A stretch of DNA of 64,000 nucleotides from the human T2T-CHM13v2.0 reference genome, Homo sapiens: the NCBI RefSeq assembly GCF_009914755.1, contig NC_060926.1. One strand, given 5' to 3'. The notes below the pieces were generated by a model. It made no database searches, was not told the origin of the DNA, and saw nothing but the letters and a program-made list of their open reading frames with translations. Positions 1 through 14,956 of this stretch are shown here, one piece after another (position 1 is the first letter of the stretch; each line of letters starts with the position of its first letter). A program made the position numbers and the translations under genes.

Positions 1-404
1 CCAATAAGGCCGCTGCGAGTGGAAAATGACTGAGTCCACCTGACTACCGAATAGCACAGCGTGGGGGGGCCCACCTTGGCCTGCTGAGAACACGGCCCTG
101 AGCCTGCGGTGGGCAGAAGCATCAACACGAAGCCTGTTTTGTAGTCAAGTGTCGGATACCTCATGTAATCATTGACTGCTGTACTGAAAGTGAAAAACTG
201 GCCTTGTGGGACTCACACGAGGGTTTCTGCTGACTGTGGATGGCTTTTGCATCACTATAAAGTTGAAAACTGTTAAGTGGAACTGCGGTAAGTCGGGTCT
301 GTGTGCACTAGAGACCTGAGTTCTGCCGCTCCATAGCTGTGTGACTTTGGACACATATTTGAGCCTGAGTGTCTTCCACACAAAATGGATTTCTTAGCAT
401 AACC

Positions 405-573
405 TACACTTGTGTACGTGCCCGTGAGCGTGCACGTGTGTGTTTGCATGAACACATCTGTGTATGCACGAGTGTGTGCACATTTGTATGTGTCTGTGTA
501 AGTCCATATGTTCATTTGTGTGCATGTCTGTGTGTGCATATGTTTGTATGTGTGTGTGCTATGCATGTGTGTG
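405..573. repeat. Degenerate (TG)n; a similar (CA)n tract lies at 2406-2525
   Basis: Seen directly. Confidence 0.85.
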
Positions 574-1639
574 TTAAGGCCCTGGGGTGGAGCTGAGAAG
601 TTGAGGGGAGATGCTGGGAGGGCAGCCAGCACCAGGCGTTTGTTGGCCAGGAGAGAAGCTGCCATCCAGGTGCACTCTGGAGCTCGTGCTTCAGTGGCAC
701 AAGGCTTTGGGAGTGAGGAAGCTGGGGGCTGGGGCAGGGCAGTCCTGCACCTCAGGGGAGGTGCAGAGTGAGGCCAGGAGGATGGAAAGAGTGCCAGAGA
801 ATGGGGGAAATCTGAGGCATCAGGAAAGGAAGACACAGGCCATGGAGAGGGTAGCTGGGCCCTGGGTGAGGACGGCCCTCAGGAAGGAGGTGCCACAGGC
901 AGGGGAGTGCCCAGATGGAGAGCCCAGGGGTATGGACCCACGGGTGTATGACAGTGGGGGTACTCCTGAAACAGAGCAGTGTTATCCAACAAGCAGGGTT
1001 GGGACAACTAGTTATTTCATTTAAAAAAACAGGTCAATGTCAGTCCTCATACTGTGCTTTAAAATAAGCTCCAGATGGACTCATGTTTTACATGTAAAGA
1101 AACGAAGGCAAAAAGAAAATAAAGAAAAGGCTTGTAAGCAGGTAGTTAATTGGAGGCAATCCCAGGATGCAGGAGAGAGGGGATGGAGCCACAGCAGGTC
1201 TGGGGAAGTGAGAGAAGCCGGCCCCGAGACCATGGCCCGAGGACCCATTCAGGCCAGCAGTGCCTTCTGTGCACTTCCACAAGGTTACACGTTCTTCCAA
1301 AGTTGCCATCATGGAGAGATAGGCTTCCACGTAGTCTTGACTCCACTGGATTTCAGTCCTTAGGTGACTTTTCCTGTGATCACACTCAGCCCTGATACAG
1401 TCATTGCTGGGGCCTCCCCTGGCTGGACGTTCCTCTTTTGGTCCACATTCTTTCCTCCTGCCCCGAGACTGGCCATGGGCCTCCCGAAGGCTAGCTGGGA
1501 GGACCTCCCTTCCACGGCTGTGCTCTTGCTCTGCCCATGCTGTCGCCTCCATCTCCACCTCCCTCTCCATCCTCACCACCAGCCCTCGAGTCAGTGGGGA
1601 GCTTTCCACTCACCAAGCCCAGGCAAGTGCATCGCGTGA

Positions 1640-2104
<465 letters not shown>

Positions 2105-5100
2105 CCCCTTCAAATCTTAACAGAGAAGCCACCAAAGTCTCCTTGGGTCCATCCCATGGATGGGCCTCCTGGGCCCCTCAGACCCTGGGCTTCCCTTGAG
2201 GTCCTGGAGCTATGTGGGCTCCACCTCTGGGAAGGTGGACCCCCATGCATGTGTCCTGCCATCACTGTCTCTATGAAGTCTGGCTCACACTAAGTGAGCC
2301 ATAAGGCCTTCTTCAAGGTCATCTGTCCCACTGATTTCAGACTCAGGGCGGAGTGTGAAATCATCTGTCCCCCACAGTGCACTCAGAACCCTGTCTGGAC
2401 TAGGGCACACACACATGCATGTGCATATGAACACACATATGCATATGCACACACACATGCAAGGCTGCAAGTCTCATGCACACACACACATGCACACACA
2501 TGCACATGCATGCTCACATGCACAGGCACTCAGGCACCTAGAGCCTTCTCATCCTGCACTTTGAGTCCCCCCTCCCCTTGCCCATCCTTGCCCATCCTTC
2601 AAGGCCTCAGTCAAAAGCCATCTTTTACAAATTGTCTCTGGTTGACTTTCCTTTTTTTCCCCTCTTAGAAGAAGCGATGCTGTCCTCAGTCATCAAGCGT
2701 TCACTAGGCGCTTGGTGTGTGCCAGGCCCCGATGTGGGTCTTGGGCATGTTCCAGTTCTCACGTCCTCAGGGCTCCTTGGTGAGTCGAGGGTGAGGAGGA
2801 CACAGAGGCACAGGAGGCCATGGGGCAGGTCTGGGTGCACTCAGGCTCCAGAGCTCAGCCCTCCCTGCTGAGTCAGGGCGAGCAGGATAGACGCCTGCTC
2901 CTGGAACTCAGTGGGTGAGGTGGACACGCATGCAGGGAGGTACCAGCCTCAGGGGCTGTGGAACAGAGAAAGGGAGCTTCCAGGACATCAAACAATTCCT
3001 GGAGTGCCAGGGCAAGAGGGGAATCTGGATGGAGGAAAGTGTGAACAGGGCAGAGGTTGGAGGTGGATGTGGCCCCCGAGCATATCGGAGGCGACTGAGC
3101 TGCTCCTTGACTTTGGGCATCTTTGTTCATCTCTGCATTTGCACATTTGTTGAACAAACCTACTGAGACACTTGTTTTCTTTCCATGGTCCATACATTAG
3201 GAATATAGAGTTAGCTTCCTAGGGAACATTTTAAGACGTATTCTTAGAGAAGAAACCAGGAGGCATCGTTGTGCGACATTGGTCCAGGATCTTGGGTGTG
3301 TCCTTTGGTCTTTTGTGGGTCAGGTTAGCAGGAATTGTGTCCTGAGGTGTTGGAACTGCAAAGTGCAGGTTCCCTCCTGCCCGCACTGATGCCTTCAGGG
3401 AATGGCCTGTCCGTTTTTCTAAGAAGAACACTTAACTCAGCCTTGGCTGACTTCAGCTACCTGTGCTTTCTCCAGCCAGGCTCTGTGTTTTGTGCTTTTA
3501 CTCTCAAAACAACCCTATTATTATCCGTGTCCCACAGATGAGGATGCTGAGCCCCTGAGAGGCTCAGTAGGTGCCTGAAGGCATTCCAGCCAAGAGGTGG
3601 CAGAGCCAGGGCCAGCCTGGCCTGAGGACTCTGAAGCTTCCACAGGCACAGCTCCTTCATGCCAGCTCTGTGTCGGGATTTTCTGTGGTCATCACAGCCA
3701 TCTTCCTGGTCGGCTAAGTTACAGACAGGGTGGAACTAGGATGGCCAAGCTGGAAGCAGAGCTCATTCCTGAGCAGGGCACCCGGGCCCTGTCTATGGTG
3801 CTGGGCAGGCTCCTGGTGTGGAGAGTAGGCTCAGATCCTGCTGTCCCTGTGGCTGTGGGAGGCTTTTCTAGGCACCCTCCTGACTGCTAACACCAGGAGG
3901 GCCTATGATATGGGACCGCTGCCCCATGACGTGTGCCAGGTTTCTGCACGCGACTGCTGGGAAAGGCTGGCCCTGGGCTGGGTGGACCCGCACTGCCTGC
4001 TGGCCCCTGCACCCAGATGGTGCAGCCCACACCCCTCTGATGTCCACCCATGCTCGGCTCTGGGACTTCCCTCCTTCCACCGTGTCTGACCCTGGTTGCC
4101 CTTGTTCTGCCACTGGCTTGTAGCAGCCCTTCCTGAAGCCACGTCCTCCAGGGAGATTTGATTATGTCCTGGTGTTGCGACCTCGCTAATGCAATCAGGA
4201 AGTTTTCTCAAGACTTCAGCTGCTTTGCTGGCAGCCAGGCCTGACTCTCAGCAGCTCTGCAGGCTGGAAGGGCCCAAGAGACCCCTCACCCACCTGGTGT
4301 CTCCAGCAGCGGGGAGGGCTCCGGGGCATAGCCTATTGCTGCTCTGCTCTCCTCCTTTCTTTGGGTAAGCTCCTTTGCTCTGATTTTATCTGGAATCATC
4401 GAGAGCCTCTATCTGTCTAGAAAAAGCACTTAGCAATGAGGAATCAGCACTGCGGAGAATACTCCAGAAAGCAGCCATTTTCCATCAAGATTAGGCTCTT
4501 AATTGAAAATTTTAAGAGGAGAGGAAATTAGGGGAGAATCCAGATATTCTCTCCATTATGGTAATTGGCTGTAATCAGAGCCCAAGAGCTGTGTTCAATC
4601 CTGGGGGTTCTTCCAGGATTACCAGAGCTGTCATAGTCACCTTCACTGACCTGCACTGGAGTCAGTGGGAGGGGCTGGCGGGGTCCGGGGCTGCTCTGGC
4701 AATTGGATCCAGGAGGGCTGGGCTGGATCCAGGGGGCTGAGTTCAGAGGGGACTCTGCTTAGCAAGTGTGAAACACACGACAGGGCCTTCCAGGCAGAGG
4801 GAAGATTGAGAACTGCGGCCGAGCGAGTGCGTCCAGGGGCCCGAGTTTAGTTGAGGGCCTAAGTTTTCCCAGCAGGGCAAGGTTGAGGGTGAGGATGCTG
4901 CAGGCCAGTTTTCTATGGCCTCAGAATGAGGACAAGAAGGGGGAGATGGGCCACAGGGATGAGGGTGCCTGCTCCCTGCAGCAGTGTGCACACCACGGCT
5001 GTGCAGAGGCAGCAGGTGGCAGGTATTGGGAAGAAGCCCTTCCCTTGTGTGTCCTAGGGGCTGGGCACAGCCTGATGGGCCCCCTTTGCTCACAGTTGCA

Positions 5101-6089
5101 GAAGCCCATCCATGTAGGGTCCTGCTGAACTGGCTTCCATGGGGCTGGGAAGGACTGGCCTGGCCTCTTTGCTCACTTCACCTTATGGGCAGTGTCCTGC
5201 AGGTTTCTGTGAGCAGAGCAGACAGAAAGGAGATGCCCAGTGACGTCAGCTGTCCCCCACAGAGCTTCCTGGAGCCTGGGCTCCAGGCTGAGGGTCCTTG
5301 GACAGACGTCATCTCCCTGGCTTCAGCAGAATCACCCACAAACCCACCCTGTGCCCACCCTCCCATCACAGAGAGCAGCTGCTGGAGAAGGCAGCATGAG
5401 ACTTTGAAGACCTCGAGGAGCAGGAGACACAGGAGACAATGGCCAGGATGGTCATGGTGGCGCGGCTATGCCATCACTGATTTCTGCCTACCTGCCCCCT
5501 AAGTCTCACTTGCTACTACTCTCAATTTCCTACTTAATGCTTCGGAGAGCACCAGTCCTGAGAAGAGAGGCGGGATGTTCACTCTCTGGGAGTTGAGATG
5601 GAACCCAGGCAGTTAGAAAAAAGTGCCACAGCCACGTGCCGAGCCTACTACTTGTCAGGAGCTCAGTGAGTCATCCAATTCCTAAAACAACTGTGCTGCA
5701 TGTGCTCCACCGCGCCTGGGCGACTCGGGGAAATGGGCTGCGGGAGGCTCAGTGACCTGCCCTGGGTGACACGGATGGCATGGATGCCCTGTCCATGCAC
5801 GGGGCTGTGCTAGGAGAGGACAGGATCATCCCCAGAAGCTGGTCCTGTGTCCACTGCTCACGGTGGCAGCTGCTTGGGCTGACAACGCCCCCCACCTCCT
5901 GATCAGATAGTGATATACTTGGTCCAAACTTCGAAAGTAAAAAAGTTAAAACAGAAAAATAGTCTCCTGGTCATTCATGCTCTCTGGTTCCCTTTTCATT
6001 CGTATCTCTTTCTCCTTCTATTTATGGATCTAGTTATTTAAAGCACAGATGGTGACATTCTGTACATATTCTGCATTTTGCTTTTTAAG

Positions 6090-6606
6090 TCTATTTTATT
6101 ATGACGTACGATACATATAGAAAAGTGGAAAAAACTGAAATGAATGAATTTTCATGAAGTGAGCATTGGTGTAAACTGAGCCAGTACATTGGGAACCCCC
6201 TTCATTCTCCCTCCCAGTTACTGCACCATCCCTCCTGCCACAGGTAAATACTGCCCTGACCTTCATGGTAACTACTTGCTTTGCTTCCATTAGATATTCT
6301 ATTTTTGTTTCAGCTGTGCTTTTGAACTTTATAGAAATGGATTCATACAGGGTGTATTCCTTCACATTGAGCTGGCTGTGTGCAGCATTGTGTGCAGTTG
6401 TTTCATATTGTAGCCGGGAACAGTGACTCATCTTCATTGCTCTTTAGCATTCCATTGTTTAATTGAATCCCAGTTTTCTTTTCCACTGTTGATTGTGTTT
6501 AGATTTTTTTCAGTTTGGGGTTACTATGAAGGATGCTATAAAGAGCATTCTTGTACATGGCTCTTGTAGCACAGTGAACACATTTCTGTTGGGTGTAGAG
6601 ATGTAC

Positions 6607-6667
<61 letters not shown>

Positions 6668-6960
6668 CACCCCAAGGGGTAAAATTGTTGGATGTACATA
6701 CCTTTGACTTCAGTAAATCATGCCAAACTGCTTTCCAAAGTGGTTGTTCACCTTTTTTTCCTTTTGTTTTTCAGTGGATCCTTATAGTTTGGGATTCTTC
6801 CATAATGGTACATATAGATGTGTCTCATTTTTTTAAACAGTTGCATAGTTTTCACAGCATGGACATAACATGATTTATTTAACCTGTCTTCTGTTGTTGG
6901 ACTTCGTTATTTTATACTCAAACAATGCCACAATGAATAACCTTCTTCATAAGTTAATTA
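6090..6960 (-). mobile_element. Old L1M fragments with embedded (TG)n (~6612-6658)
   Basis: Degenerate antisense L1 motifs (atgccaaactgctttccaaagtggttg). Confidence 0.55.
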
Positions 6961-7147
6961 AATACTCGATGAAAAATACAGGGTTTTTTTCGGTTTATAA
7001 AAGTAATACTTGCTCACTGAGGAAAAAAAATCTGTAAATTACAGAAAAACACAAAGGAAATATATCCTATGATCCAACCAGAAAGAAAACTACTTTTCCT
7101 ATGTTGTGCGTAGCTCTCTAGTTTTTTCTTTCTTTATATCAATTGGA

Positions 7148-7446
7148 TTTTTTTTTTTTTTGAGACAGTGTCTCACTGTGTCACCCAGGCCGGAGTGCAG
7201 TGGCATGATCACAGCTCACTGAAGCCTCGACTTCCCAGGCTTAAGTGATCCTCCTACCTCACTCAGCCTCCCGAGTAGTTGGGACCACAGGCATGTGCCA
7301 CCACATCTGGCTATTTTTAGTATTTTTTGTAGAGATGGGGTTTCGCCATGCTGCTCAGGCAGGTCTCAAACTCCTGGCCTCAAGCCATCTGCTTGTGTTG
7401 GCCTCCCAAAGTGCTGGATTACAGGCATGCACCACCACCCCCGGCC
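7148..7446 (-). mobile_element. Alu (J-like)
   Basis: Alu dimer with polyT. Confidence 0.9.
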
Positions 7447-8259
7447 TAATTGAATTTTTATTTTGGAAGAACCATATACCTTTATACATATTCTTTCTAT
7501 GACTTATTTTCTGTAGTTGAAGTTCAAGGGTGTTTGACAGTGTGATGTGGTTATTGTTAACCTGTATGTGGGGGCATACAGATATGTTGTTTTACTTTTT
7601 CCCATAAGGCTAAGATCATCTCCAGAAATATTAATTTTTTAGACAGCGTGATTATAGTTATTTAATACTCATATTTATCAAAATATTATATGTTAAAACC
7701 AATAACCATCTGAACTTATTTGAATATAGTTTTTCCTATTCTGTTCTTAGAAATTTCAGTCATTAACAATCTTTACACTTAGAAAGTGTTTTAATTTTAC
7801 TTTGATGACAGGAATAGTGTTTTTCTCAATGAAATATATAATAGCAGCTTATAAGTGATAACTGTTTTCATTCTGTTTTTAAGAGAAAATACTTTGGTCT
7901 TTTTTACCATGATAGTTTAGTGTGTGATGTCATAAAAATGGGCTGTAGCCATTTAAATTCTTGTTCAAGTGCAGAAACTAAGAGACTTCAGTTTCTATTA
8001 AGCCATGTCAACTCCTATTAGGAGACCTTTAGTGGTTCCAGTTCCAGGGCCTTCTTGAAGAAATTGTGATACTTGTGTAAGTATATCTAGAGTTTTCTTT
8101 CCAGCATTGGCTAAGTCACATAGCTGAGAAATATGATACATGGAGAAGGTTGCTGACTGGATGAACTTTTCTACATTGAATACTTTAAATCTGGATTCTA
8201 GAATAAAATATATTGATGCATATTTGAGTTGTCAACTGTTTATGTCTTGTTCTTTTCAG

Positions 8260-8368
8260 CTTCAACATTGCTTTATGGCATGTGTGGTCGTTTTTCACTC
8301 CATTGTTGTTGTTTACCCAGTTTATGGGGGTTGTAATGTTTATCACACTCCTTGGATGATTTCCGAAG
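8260..8368 (+). pseudogene. TMEM128: Orphan TMEM128 last coding exon (gene fragment)
   Basis: ttttcag|C TTC AAC ATT... encodes [32 protein letters not shown] (TGA 8357-8359), the TMEM128 C-terminus; donor GAAG|gtaag at 8369. No upstream TMEM128 exon seen. Confidence 0.9.
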
Positions 8369-8539
8369 GTAAGATATCTGGAATGGTTTTTCTAAAAATG
8401 AACTCATTGAAAAAATGTCTTTTATGACAATTTTCAGTGGATGGAGCTGTAACACTATTTGTGAATTATTTTCAGTCATGTTTACACCAGAGTTGTCCAC
8501 ACAAGAATTATCCATTCGTTGAACTCTGAGATAGACTCC

Positions 8540-8750
8540 TTTTTTTTGAGACAGTGTCTCACTCTGTTGTCCAGGCTGGAGTACAGTGGCATGATCACAG
8601 CTCACTGCAGCCTTGACCACCTGGGGGCTCAAGCGATCCTCCCACCTTAGCTTCCCAAGGAGCTGGTATTACAAACATGTGCTATCATGCTTGGCTAATT
8701 TTTAAAAATTTTTTTGTAGAAACAGAGTCTCCTTATGTTGCCCAGGCTGG
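8540..8750 (-). mobile_element. Partial Alu (J-like)
   Basis: Right arm plus truncated left arm. Confidence 0.85.
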
Positions 8751-9913
8751 CAGGGGTTGGGGGCTGAGACTCTTTCTTTTGTAAAAGTTGTTTCTAAGTG
8801 ACTACTTTTTAGAGAAGGTACCCTGCCTTTCAAAGACCTCATAAAGACAGGATTTGTACCTTCCAATATAGTTAAATTCACACATTAGACCATTTTATGT
8901 TGAAATTATATTAATTTGTGTCAGCTTATATTCAATGACTGTTGGCTAGATCATTCTTAAGAAATGGGAATACAGGAAGAATGGACAATTTTACCCAACT
9001 GGGAAAAAAAATTCTACCATCTTCTAATTATTCTGACTTCCTCATAAAAATGTGTTGGATGACACAATCAGCTTTTGTTTGGTGTTATTTATAGAATTTC
9101 TGCCTCCCTACAGATCACCCCATCCTGAGATCTGCTGCCTTACACAGTGGAGGCTGTTTTCTGAGTGTCGGATAACTCTGTTATTAAATAAGTGCATATT
9201 GAGAATACTCACTCCAGATGCTTAGAGGCATGTTGAGAAGGACAAAGATAGTGCCTCCTGTCAGGTCACTTACATCAGAACTTGCAGGAAACCTGCTTTA
9301 TACAGCAGTTGACAGGTGTGGAAATTGAAGCTCATGGAAATGAAAGTTAATACACTAAATTTTCAAGGAGTTAATGAAAACTGACATTTCTGCTAAAAAC
9401 AGCATGTTCTCCCTGTGGGATTTTAAAGGAAGGTCAATGGTAACTGTACAAAGAAGAAATGGACATAGTCTCATTGTTAGCAGTCTGAAAATAGTTGCTA
9501 GCACCTCCATGCCCACGCCAATGTCTCCAGCCTCCTTCAAGCACCTTGCTGTGTCTTGGAACCACTGGGAGCCCTCACAGGAGGCCCTTCGTTCCTGTAT
9601 GCATGTGGTGCCACAAGCTGCTTTGGGCCCGGAGGAATCCTACACATCCCAGAACACTTCCTCACCTGACCCTGTCACCCATCTCTCCCCTTCTCATGTG
9701 CTCAGCCCCTTCTTTGACTCTTGAATTTTGAGTTTTTACAGATGTTTGGGAGCTCTTACTCTGACATGAATTTATAATTGTAATGGAGACTCAGACAACG
9801 TTGTAGATCACAGAGTGAACTATGCTTTTTAGTGTTAAATGCAATAGCTTAAGATAGAATGTTTTACTTGTTACATAAATGCTGGTTTTCTTTCAGATTT
9901 AAGGACATATACT

Positions 9914-10042
9914 TTATTTTTTTAAGAGATAGGGTCTTCTATGTTGCCCAGGCTGGCTTTGAACTCCTGGGATCAAGTGATCCTCCTGCCTCAGCCTTCG
10001 AAGTAGTTGGGACTACAGGCCCACGCCACCGTGCATGGCTGG
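9914..10042 (-). mobile_element. Alu monomer (FLAM/FRAM-like)
   Basis: Single antisense Alu arm with polyT. Confidence 0.75.
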
Positions 10043-10645
10043 ACACGTAAATTTGAATTGAATGGTTAAACATCCAGCTAGCTGAAAGCATGGCAGACCC
10101 TAACAGAAAAGCTACAGTGTGTTTTTGCAACTATGAAGTGAATGGTTTCCTGGGGAAAATTGTGACTTTGTATAACTATTTTTGAAACCAGAATAAATTA
10201 TATTTCACTTGCATATTCTTAAATTATTAAAATTTTCAGAAGTCAGTGATACAGAAATACTATTTTGCAATGTTAATCTGTTTGAGTCTTTGGAGAAAGT
10301 GGTTTCATTGTAGGTACATGATGCACTCTTAATATTTTAAACAAATAGTTCACTCTTCCATTTAAGGGATATCAGTTCCTTGTATAAAATGACTGGATAT
10401 GTATAAAGCAATTATGTTGTCATGTGCCTTTAACCAGCTTTAGTAATTACTATAATCTCATATTTATGATAGTTTTGTTAGGTGACAGGACCAAATGAAA
10501 ATATTTTATGTTTTCCCATCACTTTAGATTTTATCATTGTGTAAATTATTGGGTTTTTAGCATTTTCTAATGTGAAGTTTTAATCATTTTTAAGTATACA
10601 TATTTTTTTTCTGTACCATTTAAATAAAATATTTTTATAACTTTC
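9927..10645 (+). pseudogene. TMEM128: Probable TMEM128 terminal 3' UTR exon
   Basis: Acceptor candidate ttttttaag|AGATAGGG within an antisense Alu monomer, followed by an AT-rich tract and AATAAA at ~10623; boundaries inferred. Confidence 0.5.
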
Positions 10646-10951
10646 TTGTGAGTTTTGTTCATGCAAACTTTGGAATGACTTCTGGTTTTTAGCTATTAGC
10701 ACTTTGAATTAACCATAGAAATAACAAGGGCTAACTCTGTTCTTCAAAGACTTTATAAAGACAGTATTTGCACTTTCAAATGCAAATATATCTACATTAA
10801 ATCTAAACAGCATAAGCATTGTGACAGAATGTACCTCATGTTGATTGTTTTCTCTGTAAGGTGACTTCTAGTAATGATTTGACTTAATCACCACTTGTGT
10901 CTGGTTCAGATCATACCCTGCCATTTACTAGCTGCAAGACCTTCAGTAGTA

Positions 10952-11117
10952 CAGGTTTAGTATCCCTAATTTCAAAATCTGAAACTTTCTGATTGCTGAT
11001 ATGGCACTCAAAGGAAATGCTCATTGGAGCATTTCGGGTTTTGGAATACAATGCAAATATTCCAAAATCCAAAACACTTCTGGTCCCAAGCATTTCAGGG
11101 AAGGGGTAGTCAACCTG
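10952..11117. mobile_element. Tigger4/MER46-type MITE with TA target duplications, inside a MIR
   Basis: TA|CAGGTTTAGTATCCCT ... AGGGGTAGTCAACCTG|TA terminal inverted repeats. Confidence 0.8.
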
Positions 11118-11757
11118 TAATCTTTTTTCAGCTGTGAAGTGGGAACAATATCTGTCTTGTAGGGTTGTGGGTAATAGTAATAATGTTTGTAAAACACCAA
11201 TTACAGTGCCTGACACAGTAGGTGTCCACTCAATAAATGGTAATGGAGAGGGAAAGAAAGGGAAAGGAGAATCTAGGATCAGGAATATCACATCCTGTCA
11301 TGATGTTTGCAAAGGGGAAAGTCAGGCATGATGAGTAGACAGAAGTAAACCCAGTTTGTTGTCATGGGTATGTGAAGGTGTGGCGAGAGTGTCATTTAAA
11401 ATAGGGAGCAAGGCCAGGCAAAGGCCACAATCAGGCAGCCGAATCAGGCAGTGATGAATCAGACAGTGATGTGAGGGTCCGGCACAACCGAGGCAGCAGC
11501 CCGGGAAGGGAGGGCATTTGGATCACACTCCCTGGAGGGAGCTTGGGTGGAGAGTACCCCAGTGTCAGCCTTCACACATTTTATATCTTTTTTTTTTCTT
11601 GAAGAGTATGTTTACAACCTGGATAGAAATCTAAGGCTGGCATGTGTTTAAAACAATTAGTTAAAACCCAGTTTCCCAAGAGCTAATAACTGGCCAATTA
11701 GGATGGTATGAAGATTGTCCTATTACTTAAAAAAAAGACTTTTTGAGACAGAGTCTT

Positions 11758-12908
11758 TAACTTGTCATAACATGTCTGAACAGGATCTAGTTTGAGACAC
11801 TAAGGAGGATAAGACTTCAGTTTGAAAAGAGACCACATCAGTGCAACATTAATTCTGCTAAAATCGAAGCAAGAACAAACATCAATTTATTATGAAGCTT
11901 GGGTGAAAAATGGTAAAATCACTAATGCTTCATGAAAAGTTTATGGGAACAATGCCCCAAAGAAATCAACAGCTTACAAATGAATAACTTGTTTTAAGAA
12001 GGTATGAGATGATGTTGAAGAGGAAGCCCTCAGTGAGAGACCCTACACACGAATCTTTGAGGAAAAAATTCATCTTGTTTATGCCCTAATCAAAGAGGAC
12101 TGATGATTAATAGCAGTTAACAATAGCAGAAACAATAGACAGTGTCATAGACGTCAAATTGGTTCAGGTTACACAATTCTGACTGAAAGCCAACTTTGCA
12201 CTTGATGGGTGCCAAAACTGTTGTGCCCAGATCAGTTGCAAACAACAGCAGAGCTTTCAATGGAAATTTAAACAGTGGGATCAAGATCCTGAAGCATTTG
12301 TTCGAAAAGTTGCAACAAGTTATGAAACATGGATTTTGTAGTACTATCCTGAAGACAAAGCACAATCAAAGCAATGGCTACCAAGAAGTGGAAGTGGGTC
12401 AGTCAAAGCAAAAGCAGACCAGTCAAGAGCACAACTCATAGCAACAGTATTTTGGGGCTCAAGGCACTTTCCTTGTTGACTTTCAGGAGGACCAAAGAAT
12501 GGTAACATCTGCTTATTATGAGAGGGTTTTGAGAAAGTTACCCAAAGCTTTAGCAGAAAATTCTTGGGAAAACTTCAGCAGAGTCCTCCTCCACCATGAC
12601 AATGCTTCTGGTTATTCCTGTCATCAAGGGCAATTTTGGGAGAATTTTGATGGGAAATCATTACAGTCCTGATTTGGCTCCTCCTAACTTCTTTTTGTTT
12701 CATAATCTTAATCTGTAAAGGATACCCTTTTCAGTTAATGTGTAAAAGACTGCATTGATATGGTTAAATTCTCAGGACCTTCAGTTCCTTAGGGATGGGC
12801 TAAATGGCTGTAGCATGACTTATAGAAGAAGTGTCTTGAACTTGATGGAGCTTATGTTGAGACATAAAGTTTATATTTTCAATTCATTTTTTCCAAGTTT
12901 TGAAGTCC
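11758..12908 (+). mobile_element. HSMAR2 mariner, near full-length, decayed transposase
   Basis: Degenerate reading NSAKIEARTN.., SKQWLPRSGSG, LLHHDNA, YSPDLAP, ELDGAYVET*; start codon now ATT (11848); 3' TIR-like tttttccaagttttgaagtcc; 5' TIR missing. Confidence 0.88.
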
Positions 12909-12919
12909 AAGGGTACATG

Positions 12920-14010
<1,091 letters not shown>

Positions 14011-14014
14011 CATT

Positions 14015-14470
14015 TGTGTGTTATAGATTTAATTTTTCTCACCAGAAGATCTGTTGAAATCTTAACCCCTGGTACCTCTGATTGTGGCCCTATTTGGAAA
14101 TGGAGTCTTTGTAGATTTAATTAAGATGTAAATTACAATGAAGTCATACTGGAGTAGGTTGGGCCCTTAACCCATTATGACTGGTGTCTTTATAAGAAGA
14201 GGAAAAGAGACACAGATACAAAGGAAAGATGGTCAAGTGACAACAGAGGCAAAGATTGGAGTGATACAGCCACAAGCCAAGGAATGCTAGGGGTTGCCAG
14301 CAACCAGCAGAAACTGGAAGAGGCTGGCGATGACCCCCCATTGGAGCCTTCAGAGGGAACTTGGCTCTTCTGACATCTAGATTTTGGACTGCTGGCCTCC
14401 CAAACTGTGAGAGAATAAATTTTCATTGTTTTGAAGCCACCCCGTTAGTGGCACTTTGTTAGACCCACCC
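14015..14470 (+). mobile_element. MLT1-type MaLR LTR
   Basis: tatttggaaatggagtcttt, caagccaaggaatgc, ggcctcccaaactgtgagagaataaattt motifs. Confidence 0.75.
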
Positions 14471-14473
14471 ACT

Positions 14474-14781
<308 letters not shown>

Positions 14782-14956
14782 CTAACTCTTTTGTTCTTAA
14801 AAATACTGGGATTACATAGCTACCACCAAAGGTGACTGGGGGCAAAATGTGCTAATTGCCCCTTGGGACCTTCTATTATCTCTGGCAGTTGAGAGTGCCA
14901 GTGGGCCTCTGGCCTTGTGAAATCCTGTCAGCTTCACTGGAAGAAGGGAGCTCATG

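Noticed and set aside
273-836. His/Thr- or Cys/Val-rich ORFs (also 2294-2668 and 6493-6873)
   Set aside because: Translations of (TG)n/(CA)n microsatellites.
11848-12867. Active or domesticated mariner transposase
   Set aside because: No ATG, multiple stops and frameshifts, 5' TIR lost.
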